A DNA stretch of 50,832 bases, counting the filler, from Jimgerdemannia flammicorona (lineage: Eukaryota): assembly GCA_003990765.1 (NCBI GenBank). It is 2 parts of 2 records of this genome, joined end to end, with 100 filler letters (N's around TTAATTAATTAA, not from the genome) between each part and the next. Parts side by side here need not be neighbours in the genome. Positions count along the whole stretch, not along the records: positions 1 to 25,373 come from RBNJ01000840.1; 1 more part is not named here. One strand, written 5' to 3'. The position numbers and the translations under genes are program-made. Shown here one piece after another: positions 1-14,486 of the stretch (its first letter is position 1; each line of letters starts with the position of its first letter). The notes beneath the pieces are model-generated. The model did not search any database. It saw nothing but the letters and a program-made list of their open reading frames with translations, and was not told the origin of the DNA.

Positions 1-88
1 CCCCCTCCCCCCGATTGTTTCAATTGAATTGCATACGACACGAAGTATTTGCCTGTTCTCAGTTCGGTTTCGCTCGATCGTCATGTAG

Positions 89-3000
89 ATTCGCAAGGCT
101 GCCCTAGAAGTCCTCTGCAACCTGGTCCGTCGCCAGTTCTACTTCCCTACTGCCGTCCATGGCACCCTCTCGAAACCGCGACCAGCCTCGCAGCCTGACG
201 CCATCGCCCAGAGTGTGTGGCAGGCCGTACGCAGTAATAATGGAATTAAAGTACTGGTGGCAGCGTTGCAAGGTAGTGGCGTGACGATCGTGCATGCTGA
301 GTGAGTAACGATGAGATTGGTTAAGTCGGTACGGGTGATGGAATAAGTGTGAGCTGATGGGTTTTATATATTCGCTTTTGTTCTGGCAGTTGTGTTCGCT
401 TACTTGCGACGAAGTGCTTGCTGGGGCTGGCGTGTGATCCTGCAATCAGAAATATTTTGGGTGAGTGTATCTCCAAATTGTATTTGTTGTTGTCGATATC
501 GAGGGTCCATGCAAAAGCTTCAATTTACACAGTTTCTGTTCGTTTCCCCTCAGTTAAACTGAAAATACCCCGCTACATCTCTGAGCTAGTTCGCGAGCCC
601 ATGCTCGAAGAGAACGACAAATTTCACCGGGACTTCCGCAAATACGCGCTAGAGTTGATCCGGGCCACAACAAGTCGCAATGCATCTCTGCCTCCCGCGA
701 TTGCTGACGTGGCGACAGACGGCATGCTGAACAAGATCGAGCGCGCGAGCGTCGTGCAAAATACGAACATCACTTTCTCCGATCACGAACTCCTGCTCGT
801 CATCCACCGCCACCTCCAGAGTAAGGGGTTGCTGCAGTCGGCCAGCGTACTTGCGAGAGAAAGCAGGCTGCAGCTAGACGAAGTCGCTGTAATGGCAAGG
901 ACAAGCGTAAGATTGAAGACCCCCCAAAAGATCACGCCCGTCCCAAAGTCCACCCTTGCCGCCACTTCGGCCAACTTGGAACTGCCGTCGCCCCTCCAGA
1001 CTCCGACGACAAAGCTACCCGCGGGATCGTCGTTCAGGGTGCAGCCGCGCAAGAAGTCAATCGTCCATCTGAAGTTTGATAGCGCCGTCCCGCGTGCGTC
1101 GCCGCCGCCCGGTATGACTATGTCGTCGGTGGGCGAGCCGGCAATGGAGCGGGAGGGGGTAAAGTCATGGACGCAGGAGGCGTCGTCATCGGGGCTATTC
1201 CATTCGTCGTCGTCCGATAGGTTGCCTACTGTCACATTGGACTATGTCATTGCGGAATTCTTGAGAAATCAGCATTCACATTGTCAAAATCCGACGTCGG
1301 TGTTGCCGCCGATATCGATATTGGGTAGGGTGTTGATTGACACGGAGTTTCTTGTCTAAATGAAGCAGTGGTTGTGATATTAATTCTGAATAATTTTGTC
1401 TTCTGGGCGTTTCAGAACCGCACAGATGTCCTGAGGTGAAACTATCGAATGTGGTAACTGCGCCGAAGAATGTTGGCCAAAGGTTGTTAGAGCGACAGGC
1501 CGTTGGTGGGCATGGTGGGTACTACCCAATACATTTATTCACACGATCAACTTCATTAAATAGCACTCTATGGATGCATCTTAAACTGCATTTCCCGTGC
1601 TCTCATGCCAGGCGGACCTCGTGGGATCAAGATGGACAAGTCATTGGTAAGCATTTTTTTTTTTTTTTTTTTTTTTTTGGCTGTCCACGAAGGCTCTGTT
1701 TAGCATCACAACATGATTCAGTTGTGGAATATTAAATAAATTACAATATATGTAGATTTTCCGGAATTTCAGGCCTGTGCGGACATACCGACATCTCGAA
1801 TCGTATGACGGTAATGAAAGCATTCTTATGTGTGCATCTTTTTCTCAACAAGGTAACCTTCGCCCCTTTTGCATCACTCCAGTATCTGTCAAATGCCGAG
1901 TTCTTCAACATTGTATTCACCTCAAATCTCACCACCTACTCACCTGCACAGCCAGTAGGGTCATCGTGGGCGACCACCTCGGCTCCGTCCACTCGTTCAA
2001 CACGGACACGACGGAGATCGTTGATTCGTGGACTCTGATGGACGGCTCCCTATGGTCCGTCAAGGTATCACGGGACGATCGGTTACTGCTGATCTCATCG
2101 GCCATGGGCGGATCTGCGCTGTGGGAATTAAATGACATGATATATCCCAAGATGGAGTTCCCTGAGGACAAGATGCTACTGTTTAGTAACTCGGGAGCAT
2201 CCGTCGTTGGGACGGCCAGGAATGGCATAACTAGGGTGTATTCGGCCGAGACGGGAGACTGCGTGCTGGTAGGTGCAGAGTGTGTGGGGGAGGGTAGTAC
2301 GGAGGAGATGCGATGCTTACTTCTGGAATTGGTACAATTGATGCAAAATTTATAAGACTCTGAACGACCCGACTTCAAGCAAATACAAAGACAACGTCGC
2401 GACGTTCAATCTGACGGATGATCAAATCCTGAGCGATGGCGTTCTCTGGGACATTCGATCACAAACCAAAATCCACAAATTCGACAAGGTACCATTTCTT
2501 CTATCAGCCACTAAACTTTCATTAGTACTTGCCTCCAATCTTAACCTTATATCCTCGCCAGTTCACCAATTATGCCGGCGGCAGCTTCCACCCAAACTCG
2601 AACGAACTGATCATCGGCGCCTCGATCTGGGATCTGCGCAGTTTCAAGCTACTGCGTGATATACCGAGCCTCGACCACGCACAGATCCAGTTCAACCACT
2701 CCGGCGAGGTCATTTATGGGATCGTGCGCGAGATCGCTGCGAACCGTCGCGAGACCGAGGGGTGGCGGCAGGATTTTGGGTCGTGCTTCAGGACCTTTGA
2801 TGCCGACGATTATGCTAGCATTGCCACCGTCGAGTGCGAGAGGAGGGTATTAGATCTATGCTTGGAGGAGGTGCGTTCTGTTTTTCGATGGTAGCTTTGA
2901 GATGACAGATGTGAAGATTTGCCTCGGGGGGTACTGGCTATTCAAATTTATTTACTTGTCCTCAACGTTGTTTTTTTTTTACATTATTTAGATGGACAAT

Positions 3001-3673
3001 TGCATTGCCGTGGTGGAAGTACGTTTAATAGCCATTTTCCCAATTCTTCATGTTTTGGCGAGTTGAGAGGGCTTAGGGGCTAGGATATCGTATTTATAAT
3101 ATTAACTAGTGCGCGACGTTCTTGCCTACATATCTCAGCATGGTCCCCCGCCGACAGGCTGTAATTCACCTCCACCCGACAGCGTCGTCCGGTTGTACTC
3201 AGGCAAGTCCTCAGTCCTACTTTTCGTTACTTTATGAAAATTTTGGATATATTCCAATCATTTTTGGCAATCACCACATAGTCGGTCGCAAACGTCACGT
3301 CCAGGACGACTCGGATATCGACACCGAGGACGAAGAGGGGGAGCTCTCACAAGACGAAGGAGTTGGAGGGAATGATGATGACGACGACGGCGACGAAGAT
3401 GGCAATAGCGGTGGTATGGACACGGACGAAGAGAATATCTACACAGACAGCGAAAGCGAGACAGGGTCTGGGTCCACTTCTAGCATCGCCACCACTGAGC
3501 CCATATCCGGCTTCGATGACATATCGATCAACTCGGACGGCACGACAGCAACCGCGACGATTTCGGAGAACGGCGAATGGCTGGATTTAGAGGAGGAAGG
3601 GAGCGAGGGTGGTGATGTGCCCACTTCCGAACCCCGAACCCAGCTCCACGGTGTTTGCGTCCACAGAGATTGA
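89..3673 (+). CDS. DCAF1: DDB1- and CUL4-associated factor 1 (VprBP) homolog, multi-exon, 5' part outside window
   Basis: Spliced exons (approx. 89-300, 390-460, 554-1324, 1416-1519 and later) give IRKAALEVLCNL..VWQAVRSNNGIKVL, LGLACDPAIRNILG, LisH (ELLLVIHRHLQSKGLLQSASVLARE), TLDYVIAEFLRNQHSHCQNP..PHRCPE, WD40 repeats (WDIR, IHKFDK, WDLRSFKLLRDIPSLD, FRTFDADDY) and VGRKR followed by an acidic tail, which is the DCAF1 architecture. The exact 3' end is uncertain. Confidence 0.92.
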
Positions 3674-4093
3674 AGCGTCGGCCTTCACTTGCCCGAGCGA
3701 AGCGGACCACAGGATTAGACCTACCTCGGGGGGAGGAATGTTGAAGAAAGCAACGTGGCTATAATATAAACAATTTTGAGGAGGGCGGTATGGCGGAGGG
3801 AGATGGTGCAGCGGAGGAGAGGTAGTAGATAGTAAAATGGATAGGTGGCTGACTTGGACGATGTATAGTTAGAGGCTAAAGTGACTAGTTGGTATTCGAA
3901 TGATTGTAGAAGACAATCTACTGTTGACTTTTTACGTGCGAGCGGGATTGTAAACCTTTTTCGTTCTTTCTCCAAGAATCGTAGTACCGGTTTACTCAGA
4001 ATGGTATTGACACGTCATCACATAATGACGTCACACACACATTCCAGGATATTTTTTTTGCGGTTAATAAATAGGACAGACCTCTTCCGCAAC

Positions 4094-5095
4094 ATGTTTG
4101 GCGACGAACGCGAAGAGCTCCTCCGCGAGGTCGCCTCCCTGGGCAACCTTAAGGCCGTCCTCCACTACCTCCACGGTGGCGTCAACGTCAACTCCAGCAA
4201 CAAGGTCAATGGCTGGTAATTAAACCCTTCTCCCACCCGATCTTCAAAACCTACACTAACCCCCACCCCTTTCCCACACACTCAGGACGGCGCTCCACTG
4301 GTCCTCCCATCGCGGTCACGAAGAGGTGACGCGAGCACTGCTCGCCAACGGCGCTGACATATCTCTCGTCACCTCCAAGGGCCAGACGGCCGCTGACCTC
4401 GCCAAAACGGACGAAGTGCGTTCATTGTTTGGGGAGCCCACCGTGGCCGCTGAACCCGAGCTGTCGTTCGTGCCGAGGTATCTGCGCGAGCCGGATCTAG
4501 ATAAACTATGGTCCGTGCCGGACGAAAACGCGGGAAAGGGCGTCGATGCGCTATCTATCGCTAAGAGCGTCGAGTTTTTTCGCGCGACGGCTCCGCCTGT
4601 GGCGCCAGTGGCACCGTTTCCGGCGGCGGTAGCGGCAGGATCTGGGCCAGGTATGGATATGGCTTGTATTTGTCCATGATGATAATGACGATACTTTATT
4701 CACTAACTAACAATTCCTACTCTCCCACAACAGCGAAGGAACTTCTGGTTTACCTCTCAACCCGCACTGACGACGCCCTCCTGGGCTCTGTCTTTGCCGA
4801 GCCGGACGACACCATTGAGACGACGGTGCAGCGGGTCAAGGAGGTAGCCCATCGAAATCGCAACGGCAAGACGCACATGCCAGAGATCGCACATATCTTC
4901 CATACATCCTCCATAACTCACACAACATGAAATATCCTGTAGGAAATGGTTGACCTCCCTCCGACCTTCTCCATCGCCAAGCATACGGGCAAGATGTCCA
5001 TCCCCGTCACATTCAATCAGTACGCCAAGAAAACAATGCAGCACTTCCGCGGCGAGGTAGACGCCATCGTTGTGGTACCGCCCAAGTCAGCATAA
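4094..5095 (+). CDS. Ankyrin repeat protein, ANKRD40-like (4 exons)
   Basis: MFGDEREELLREVASLGNLKAV..GVNVNSSNKVNGW|TALHWSSHRGH..GADISLVTSKGQTAADL..FVPRYL resembles the ANKRD40 N-terminus. GT-AG introns at approx. 4216-4285, 4650-4732 and 4844-4942; stop TAA at 5093-5095. Confidence 0.85.
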
Positions 5096-5855
5096 GGATA
5101 CTGCAGTGGTGAATCAGTCATGGCGAAGCGAGACGGGTTCACCAACACCGCTGCTCGTTTCGCAAAGAGAGTTAATGAAGTGGTTTTTTTGTTTTTTGTT
5201 TTTTGTTTTTTTTTGGTAAGTGCTGAAGTTTTGAGGTTATTATTTTTGTTTTGTTTTGTCCCTGAAGTGGAGGGACAACGCGACATACTTAGGGATCGAC
5301 GCAATGATGAAGTCATAGAATTCTGCAATGCCAATCTCTCGGGCCCCCTCGGGAGACTCGAAGGGAGATGCCGATTATTCTTTCACATTACACTCCTGAT
5401 GCTCTATCCATGTTCTGTTTGTTGGCAAGATAACCCTTTTTTATGATGCCACATGATCGACTCTCTGACATACCTTCTCTATATTTACCAACCATCACGC
5501 ATGACGGCCTTGCTCGTCGCTGGTGAAGACGCCACTCAATGTTGCGCAGTGGTAATTGTATTTATATTTTGTAAATGTAAAATAAACGCATGATTAAATT
5601 GGGTGTACCCCTGGGTGTTACTACATAGTTCCATCAGAGTGTATTTTACGCACCCAGAAAGGTGAACAATCGCTAAAAACGGTGTCGGATCATAATGGGA
5701 AGTCGGCCTTGCGCAGTCAGTCATTACGTAAAAGTGCCAGTGTAACGCCTTTGTGGAAAGGGTTTTGCTGGGGCATAACGATCTGCATTGGAATGGCAAA
5801 CAAGCACATTATCTCTTCAAGTAGATTATGGTAAACACATCTCGACTGACAAAAC

Positions 5856-5886
<31 letters not shown>

Positions 5887-7118
5887 AACGGAATGCCATC
5901 CAATGGTGATGTCACCGTCGCCACAACTTGATGAGAAACACTGCGCTGGTACATTGGATCCTTTTTCTCGACTGGCAGATCGCGCGGCAGTGATTGCATG
6001 TGCAGTCCCAATGCTCGGCCTATCCGTGGCCCTTTTACACGGGATGGCTGGCAATGGTGGTCTTGAATCGGGATAGAGTCATCCGTAGGCAAATAGGGGT
6101 TTGTTGAAAAGGTTCCAGGAAACGATGAACGCACTCCGCTATAGTTCAAAGGAAAGCAACAAATTTGTAGCGCTGGTAAAAAAGAGTATATACGAGCGTT
6201 CATTTCGAAATCTCTGTTTGTTCTGACAGCCTCCAATCGGTCACAGTAGGATGTCCAGACAATAGACGTCGGACGCCGTCGTAGACGGTGAAAACATGTA
6301 AGTCGGTCATAGGTACCCTAACCACAAATTTATGCGTTTCATTCTATCCATTGGTGCGCTTGCGGCTCTTGCAAGTACGCGGATTTGCATATAAGCACCG
6401 GCAGCAGCGCGTCCACAGGAGTCAGTTGGCACTGCGACCATCGGACTACAGGGCGTCCGCTTTACCGGTGGATCTTGGGCAAGGATAATCTCGCATGAAA
6501 ATCGACGTCTATGTCCGTTTGTACGGCCAAGGCGACATCCCGAGCTATTGGAGTATTGGCAACAACACCACTTTGGACGGATACTATTCAAAGCTCCGGT
6601 TCGTAGGACCCCAAGGGCTTCCGATAAGGAATACGGAGAACATCGTGTGTGCATGACCAACTTTGAGAGTGGCGTCATGGTGTCAGAGGTGGACTCAGGT
6701 TCGGTCGTTACTTGAGAAGCGCGTGAGGTTTCTTAGTCGCTTTGCGTGGCCAGAATGGCAAAGAGATTACAGTCACTTTATTGGTTTGTAATAGTTTTAT
6801 TTAGAATAAAATAATACATCTTTTGAGCCCCGTAGAGAGCAGTCTGAAAGAAGCGAAAGCATCCATAGTTTGGTAGGGCTATTGTGCCGGTCTCTGTGGG
6901 GTTATTTGCAGAACTGATCGAGTCGTTATGTCACATCACACGTGCGGAAATCTGTATGACTTTTTGTAATTTGATGACATCACCGACCCAGAACCTTAGA
7001 TTTTTATCGTCATTCCAAGATGGACAACTTCCAGGGATGCTCAGGTATCCAGGTACATGTTATTGGCCCACCCAGTTTTTTTCTTTTTTTGTTTTTGTTA
7101 CGAACATTTCGTGACTTC

Positions 7119-7184
7119 GTTTTCACGTTTTCGCATTTTTCGCGTTTTCGCGTTTTCGCTTTTTCGCGTTTTCGTGTTTTCGCT
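7119..7184. repeat. (TTTTCGCG)n-like 8-bp microsatellite at the left edge of the first TE block
   Basis: About 8 degenerate units, ttttcacg/ttttcgca/ttttcgcg/ttttcgtg. Confidence 0.85.
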
Positions 7185-7635
7185 TTTTTTTTTTTTTTTA
7201 TTCTTTTGAAAAAGAAATTTTAAGATCTGGTCTGTCAACAGTTATGAACCCCTACTACAAAGAGCACCAGTCTATCTATTGTGATAAGTGAATAATATAG
7301 TACATATAGTCAGATGATGTGAGCACTCAGTATAGTATAGTAGGTTAGTTTACTCTTAACTTTATATTTGAGAAGATCTTCCAAACTCAGTCTATTGGTA
7401 TATCTTACATACTAATGAAGAGTCCTTTTACCTTTATGACTGCAGATCATCAAGAAGACCACACTGCCATCTGTAGAGAGATATAGATTCTTAAAACTCA
7501 TTATTTTTTTTTTAAATTTTATTTTACAGACTTGAAGCTCTGCAGATTTTTATTGAAAGAAAACCTAGACTATATAGGCCAAAACCCTCTCCCACCACCC
7601 CCTGAGCACTACACCCTCATTAATCTAGACTAGCT

Positions 7636-7792
7636 TAGTACTCTCAATAAATTGAATTAAATTGAATTTGATCTAAATTCAATTTGATTTGATTTGAACT
7701 TAATTCAAATTGAAAAAACCCCAATTTAATTCAATTCAAATAACTCTCAATTTGATTTAATTCAAATTGATTTAATTCATTTGGAAGCACTA
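7636..7792. mobile_element. hAT-family MITE (157 bp)
   Basis: Termini tagtactctcaat... and ...atttggaagcacta; 8-bp TSD gactagct (7628-7635) / ggctagct (7793-7800). Absent from the uninterrupted family B copy near 43745. TIR resembles that of the large hAT. Confidence 0.85.
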
Positions 7793-8660
7793 GGCTAGCT
7801 ATTGTCCAGCAGCTTGACTATATCAGGTATAGCAGGACTTATGAATACCTATATCTCATTCTATATACTATACTTTTCCTATTATCAGAAAGTAAATAAT
7901 TATATATCTATAACTAAAGACATATACTTGAAATCTCAATATATGTACAAGGCTATACCTAAGCTGATTTATATATGTAGCTCCTGCTACTCTAAGTAGA
8001 GCAACAGATAAAGAAAAACTCTCATCAAAGTATAGAAAGGTAAGTAGAACCTAGTTCTCTTAGAGAAGTGAGTAGAGAACTTATACATAAGATGAAAAGA
8101 GACCTCTAATATCTCATTACTCAAGCCTACAGATCTTGATCATATTACTATATCAGCTCTTAGTTTTAGTTAAATTTAGCTAAGATATCTGATCTGAGTA
8201 GCCTCAGGTCTCCCAATTACCCCCAATAACCAGGGCCCAATCCTATATATTGCTAAAAGTAACTAAGAGTAATATTTATTACTTAACTACTATACTAATT
8301 AGAAGATCTCATCAATACAGTATCCATCTTAGCCCTGATGACTACTTCTAGTCTAATACTCTACTAGTTTATCATAATCACTCTTTCTCTTATCTGTGAT
8401 GGCTATCTCCTCTTCTATCCTGATTCCACCTAAAAAACAGTTATATATCTATATCAGTACTATACTCACTAGAAAGCTTGCCAAAGCTCAGAGAACTTTA
8501 CTATAAATACTAAAGATCTGTAGGTAACCTATACTAACACTTGATGTCCAAGGTCAGCTGATACTCTATACAGCTCATAATATACTCAGATGATATCTTA
8601 TTGATGATAATAAAAAGAAGAAAGTATTATACCAAAATGAGTATATTCTAGATATAGTCA

Positions 8661-11600
8661 TCTCTTTCTAATATACCTTATGTAACACAAACATATATTA
8701 CCTACTCTTATACTATTCTTTAGAGAAACATCTTAAGAATATGTCCTTGAATTTGAGTTCTATAGAGTATACTGAGCAGGATAGCCCTAGTGCATTTAGC
8801 TGGCAGTATGTAGAGAGAGATCAGAGAGCAGAGTTAGAGATATTAAGTACTTTATTAGAAGGAAGGGGGGTTGACAGTAGTGGAGAAAGAGGTACAGTAT
8901 AGCCTGGGGGGAATCAGATGAGCTTTACTGAGAAGGACAAGCAGAAGAATCTAATAGCTAGACTAGATAGGTGACTGCAGGGTGGTAAGAGAAAGGCTAC
9001 TACTGGGGAGCCAGGAGGGGCTCTCTTGGAGGTACCTAGTGAGAGGGCTAGGAGTATAGTGGCTGGGGGTGTAACTGCTGATGGGGCAGTAACTGATAAT
9101 CTGGAAAAAAAAAAATACAGATATAACTGCTGATAGCAGAGTTAAAAAAATGGGGCCCAGATAGATGAGAGATCTAGTAGATAGTATAATGGGCCTGGCA
9201 GTAGCCTTATTACTCAAAAAGTCAATCTTGGAGTTGGTAGTTACTTTATACTTCTGGGGCTTAACAGTGATGGTGAAAATAGTCTTGGAACTAATTGTTA
9301 AGCAGATGGATAGTGTGGTGTCTATAAAATTCTTGAGAAGTTTAGAAGGAGTAGAGGTGGACTTTGAGGAGGCTGGGCTATTGGAGGATATACTGAAGGC
9401 TAGGCTGACTATTGGGGAGATGTGTGTCCCAATGATATGATATTTGAGGTAAAACCCCAGGGTGGTACAACTTCTAATAAAAGGAGTACCCATAGTGACT
9501 GCAGTGAAGATAAGGAGGAGAGTAGAGGAGATTATAGCCAAGTATGGGGAGGTGATTGATATTGGGTTTCATGTCTGAAAAGGAACTTTATTCAGGATAA
9601 GAGATGTAGATGTCCAGATTCAGTTAGCTAAGAGAGAGGCTACTGGGAAGACTTATAACTGGCCATCAGTAATGGTGTGAGGGGTCTTCATATATAAGGT
9701 AATAAGAGTGAAGGGGAGTAAAGAGGAGAAGGAGAGATACTGAAGAAGCTGAGTGATATAGTAGAACAGAAGGCAAAGGCTTGGAAGATATATGTAGAGT
9801 CAATGTATTTAGAGGTAGTAGATGGGAAGTATATCTGTGTTAATAAAGGGCTATAGAAGAGATCCCAAGGATGCAAGAGATAGAGAGAGTTGCTGGTAAA
9901 TCTGAAGGAGAAGGCGAAGAGAGATACTGGTAGCATTGAGGATCCTGGGGGAGCCAAAGTGAGTGTCTGGGCCAGCAAAGATAGAGGGAATATGGAGGAG
10001 GGTCAGGAAGAGGCTGGGAAAGATACCAAGCAAAGACCTATATATGGATAGCATGTTTGAAGTCTAGGAGGACACTCCTTCTCTTATCAGAAGGAGACCA
10101 GTCTTGAGGGACTAGACAGCAGAGAATGTATCTATACAAGGTGTCCAGTAAGTATACTTTGGAGTTTCTGAGATAGTAAAAGGGGGACAGGTAATAGTAG
10201 CTAGTGAGGATAAACTGGTAAATATTTCTGAGAAGGAGTGGGATAAGACTGTAAGTATGGGGGCTAATATCTTGATGCTGGAAGTGAGAAGACTAGTGAC
10301 TAGATAGAAAGGAGGTGGAAAACCTACAGTAGATATGTCAGATGATAAATAACTTAGTAGCTGAGGAGTTGGGTGATGGACCTAAGGGTGCTTAGTGATG
10401 ATCAATAGGTACAAATATTATAAAGAGATGAAGTAGTGAAGGCTCTGAAGGTGGAGGTGCTTGCAGTTTTTTTGGAAGAGAAAGGATATGAGATCAATAA
10501 GATAAGAAAGATAGAGCTGGTAGTTGTTTCTGGGGAGCAGACCAATCTCTGATGGGTAGAGAGATATAGATTGCAGCTCTGATAAAAAGCCTGCTTGGAG
10601 TACTATGAGAACTTTGAGGAAAAGGAGAATAGAGAGCTAGCTGAACTACTGGTGGGATTAGAGACTAAGAGAGTTGAAGAGGAGAAAGTGGCTATTGAAT
10701 ATGATTTGGACTTAGCATAGGAGAAGATAATATAGAGCTATAGAGAATATGTTTGACTTTTAATATTACTTTCTATGAATAGTACAACTAATATTTTTTC
10801 TTTAATTGTGAATAGGTTATGGAGATTGGTTTAATGTCAAAATATTTTTACTTGGCTAAAGAGATTAGAGGCTGATCTCTTTCTTTTGTAAGATGTTAGA
10901 TATGAAGATGACTTAGATTGACTAGATTGGATGAAAAAATAGAGAGGTGAGATAGTTTGGAAGGATGAGGTTGGGATTTTGGTCTGGAGAGACAAAGGAG
11001 AGATACAAGATGTGAGGAGCTAGAGTGATTGGCTGGTTTAAGAAGAGTGGAGTTGACCAATTGGGAGTTGATTATAGTAGATTCCTGCTATTGTTTTACT
11101 ATACAGGGTAAGTATGTGGAGTAGGTGAAGAGACTTCAGAAAAGTGGGACCCTCATAGAGACTAGAGTGGACATTCTTGAAGGGAACTTTAATATGATCA
11201 GAGATATACTAGTAGATAGGACTAATAGAGGGTGGGGGGCTGGAGATCAGAGTGGGGGTCTGGAGATATAAGAGAAAGTAGAAAGACTGAGTTCTTTGGT
11301 AGATACTAGTAGGGGGTTCTGGGGAGATAAGAGGGTTTATATGCACTGGATGAATAGTCTGAGGATAAGGATTGACTGAGTACTAACAGCAGACTGCTGG
11401 GGTTTGAATGTTTGAAGATTGCTGGAGGCTGAGTGGTATTCATAGTCTGATCATTAGAGACTATTGAGACAGGGTCATTTAGGAGAGAGTGAGGATGGGT
11501 CTAGACATTGGTACCTCAACTCCTCTCTGCTAGCAGAGAGGGAGCTGTGAGACAGATGGGCTATGAATATTTAGTGGAAGATTAACAGTTGGATTGGTAA

Positions 11601-14486
11601 GGGCCTTCCTATAGATATTTATTAAAGGCAATTGAAGGAGAATATCAGAGTTTACTAAGGGGAGACTGGTCAGATAGTGGAAAGAAGAAAGAGAAGGAGA
11701 GTGTATTGGGCCTCTAGCAGGCTTACTCAGCTACAGAGAGCTTAGGCTAAATTGCTGAGCTTGGAAGGAGTTGAGGATTAGAGGTTGATGTATGCTAAAC
11801 TGGAGATAGTAGAGCTGCAGACTATCTTGAGGGAGGAGGAGAAGATATGTGTAAAGGAGATTATTGCTTGGTTGTGATAGTAGGGGTTGAAAGTGAGAGA
11901 GAGACTCTCTAGATATCTTTTGCAGCTGCTTTGGGCCAGACAGATGAAGTAGAGATGAGATGGTATAGTTGATTCAGTGAGTATGGTTATTCATAGTACC
12001 CAGCAGATTCTTTGCTCTCTTAAGGAATGATGGAGTGATTTATAGAGTGAGAAGATTGGAGGGTACCAGTGCTAAGAACATTGAGCTTGCTCTAGAGAAC
12101 TAGAACCTACCTCTAGTATATAGTATTGAATGGCTGTCCTGGCTAGTTTAGGAGGAGGAGATATAGTAGATTATTTCTACTATAAAATTAGACATAACCC
12201 TAGGTGAGGACAGACTCTTTTGGGATTTCTGGAAGCAAATGGTAGGAGTTTCTGGAATTCTTAGAGAAATGATAGCACTGTGTAATTATGTTCTCTTGAT
12301 AGAGAGGTGGGTTGGTAAACAGGATTTTAGATTGGTGATCTTACTCTATAAGAATAAGAGTGATAGAGAGAATTAGAGAAACTGCCAATCATACTTTTAG
12401 ATATGGATAGGAAGTTAGTTACCAAGATAATAGTGGTATGCCTCAGTATATAGCCCAATAGATATTGAGAGAAGAGCAGTGTGGCTTTGTTGGGGGATGC
12501 CTCATTTGAGATAGTACTATATGGGTATATAGTATCATAGAAGAGGTAAGGACAAGTGATCTGGATAGAAGACTAGTTTTTTTGGATCAAGAAAAGGTCT
12601 ATGATTAGGTGAGATATATCTGGCTGAATAAAGTACTTAACAGAATTAGAGTTCTGGATCTCTATAGTTAGCTTACTGGAAGGTAGTAAGGCAGCTATCT
12701 TGTATAATAGTTATAGGGGTAGGATATTCACCCTAGGAAGAGGGATTTCTTAAGGAGATCTATTGTCATCCATTCTCTATGCTCTCTTGTTGAAATCTCT
12801 AATGGATAGGATTAGGTAGAGGGTGGTAGAGTTGTCAGTATTTGGAGTTATTTGGAAGATGGGTATCTTTGTAGATAACATGGTAGTGGGACTTGAGTCT
12901 GTGGCTGATATAGTAGTATTGAGGGAGATAGTGGAGTAGTATGAGATATATTCTAATATAAGGCAGAAGTAGTATAAGTGCAAAATAATAATGCTTAAGA
13001 ATGAGATAGTGAGAGAGAACATCATTGGAACAATTATTCTGGCTAGCAAGGCTGTGTAGTATCTTGGGGTTTATTTGTTGGTATATGGGTCTATTATAAC
13101 TAAGGTCTGATGAGAGAGCAGGGTCTCAAGTTAGGGTGAGGCACTTTGGAGCTAGGGAGAGCACTATATCTCTCTAACTAGCAAAGTGGCAATTCTGAAT
13201 ATTTATTGGCTACTAAAGATATAGTATTTGGCCTACTATCTGGATTTCTCTTCTTAGGTGGTGAGGTAGCTATTGAAGTTGGCTAAGGATTGGATCTGGG
13301 TGGGACACAGAAGTCAAATTGGCTGGAGCATTCTTTTACTGCTAGTAAACTATGGCAGTCTTAGTCTAGTAGATTTCCCAAGGAAGCTCTATTGCTTGAG
13401 GGCTTGGTGGCTGAGAAGGGCAGTAGAACTGCAAGGAAGTGGCTGGGTCTCTTTGATGCAGAAGGTGTAAGAGTTGAGGGTTTTCTCATGGGGTTCTATA
13501 GAGGATCTTCTGTCTCTTATGGGTCTGCAGGACAGTGGGAGATTGTACTTCAAAGGATTTTGATAGAAGATTGCAGTAGGAGTACATTACATTAGGCTGC
13601 AGTGATAGGGTGATAAGGGAGAGATATATTGGGGGCTGGTAATGTGATACTGGGATAGGCTCCTATTTGGGAACTCTCTCTTTATGTAATTTGATATTAG
13701 GAATAAGGTAAAGTATCAGAGAGAGATGGGGCTGGACATGTGGCCAGTAGGTTGATAGGATATTGGTATAGGTGAGGAGTGAGACTGAGATGGAGTTTGA
13801 TTCTAGAGTACTGAGGTCAAGTAGTAACTTCCCCCAAGTTCTGGATGATATAGTGATATATATATACTAAGGAGAAATGTCATGCTGAACTTCCACTTTG
13901 GACATTTGATTGAGGGTAGAGAGTTTGAGTGTGAGGAGTATCTTAATGTAGAGTAGAAAGAGAGTTTTGTACAGTTGTCTAAATATTGGTTGAGAGAGTA
14001 TAAGGTACTTGGTGATTTCTAGATTACTGTAGAGAAGTACCTGGGGGTCTATAGAAGGAGAGATGAGGTGAGAGACCATTGGGAGGATCTGAAGGAGTAT
14101 CTTGTAGGAGAAGTAAGAAATGAGTAGATTACATATAACTAGATCTTAGCAATTTGGGTAGAGCTGGCTAGGCATTGGCTCTTTATATTTGAGGAAGAAT
14201 AGTAGTTGAGTATTATAAAGAAGCTGTTAAAGTGAGATATGCTAATAGAGGATCTCTTAACTAGCTGATGGATGGGCTAGGGACCTCAGAGGGACTGTTA
14301 CCACCAGCTTATTGAGGGAATCTGTATGCAGAGTAGAGGTCAAATGGAGGTGATTGAGGGCCAAGTAGTCTTTAAATGAGTAGAAGTTAGTGGAGTCTCT
14401 CCTAGAGGGATTGGATAGTAGGCTGGATCAGATATTATAATTAATATAATATAGAATATAGTAATAAAGTAAGTAATCTAAGTAAC

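Noticed and set aside
783..2378. Minus-strand ORFs overlapping DCAF1
   Set aside because: Antisense shadows of GC-rich coding exons.
5100..7100. Short ORFs between the ANKRD40-like gene and the TE block
   Set aside because: No recognisable domains or consistent exon chain; several ORFs rely on poly-A/T runs.
7232..7500. Possible solo LTR host (tatgaacccc at ~7243 ... ggggttaca at ~20910) around the first nest
   Set aside because: The ends are suggestive, but there is no convincing TSD or second copy.
8963..9541. 192-aa minus-strand ORF (and similar ones at 15291-16018)
   Set aside because: Antisense shadow of LINE ORF1; the + frame carries the recognisable ORF1 pattern.
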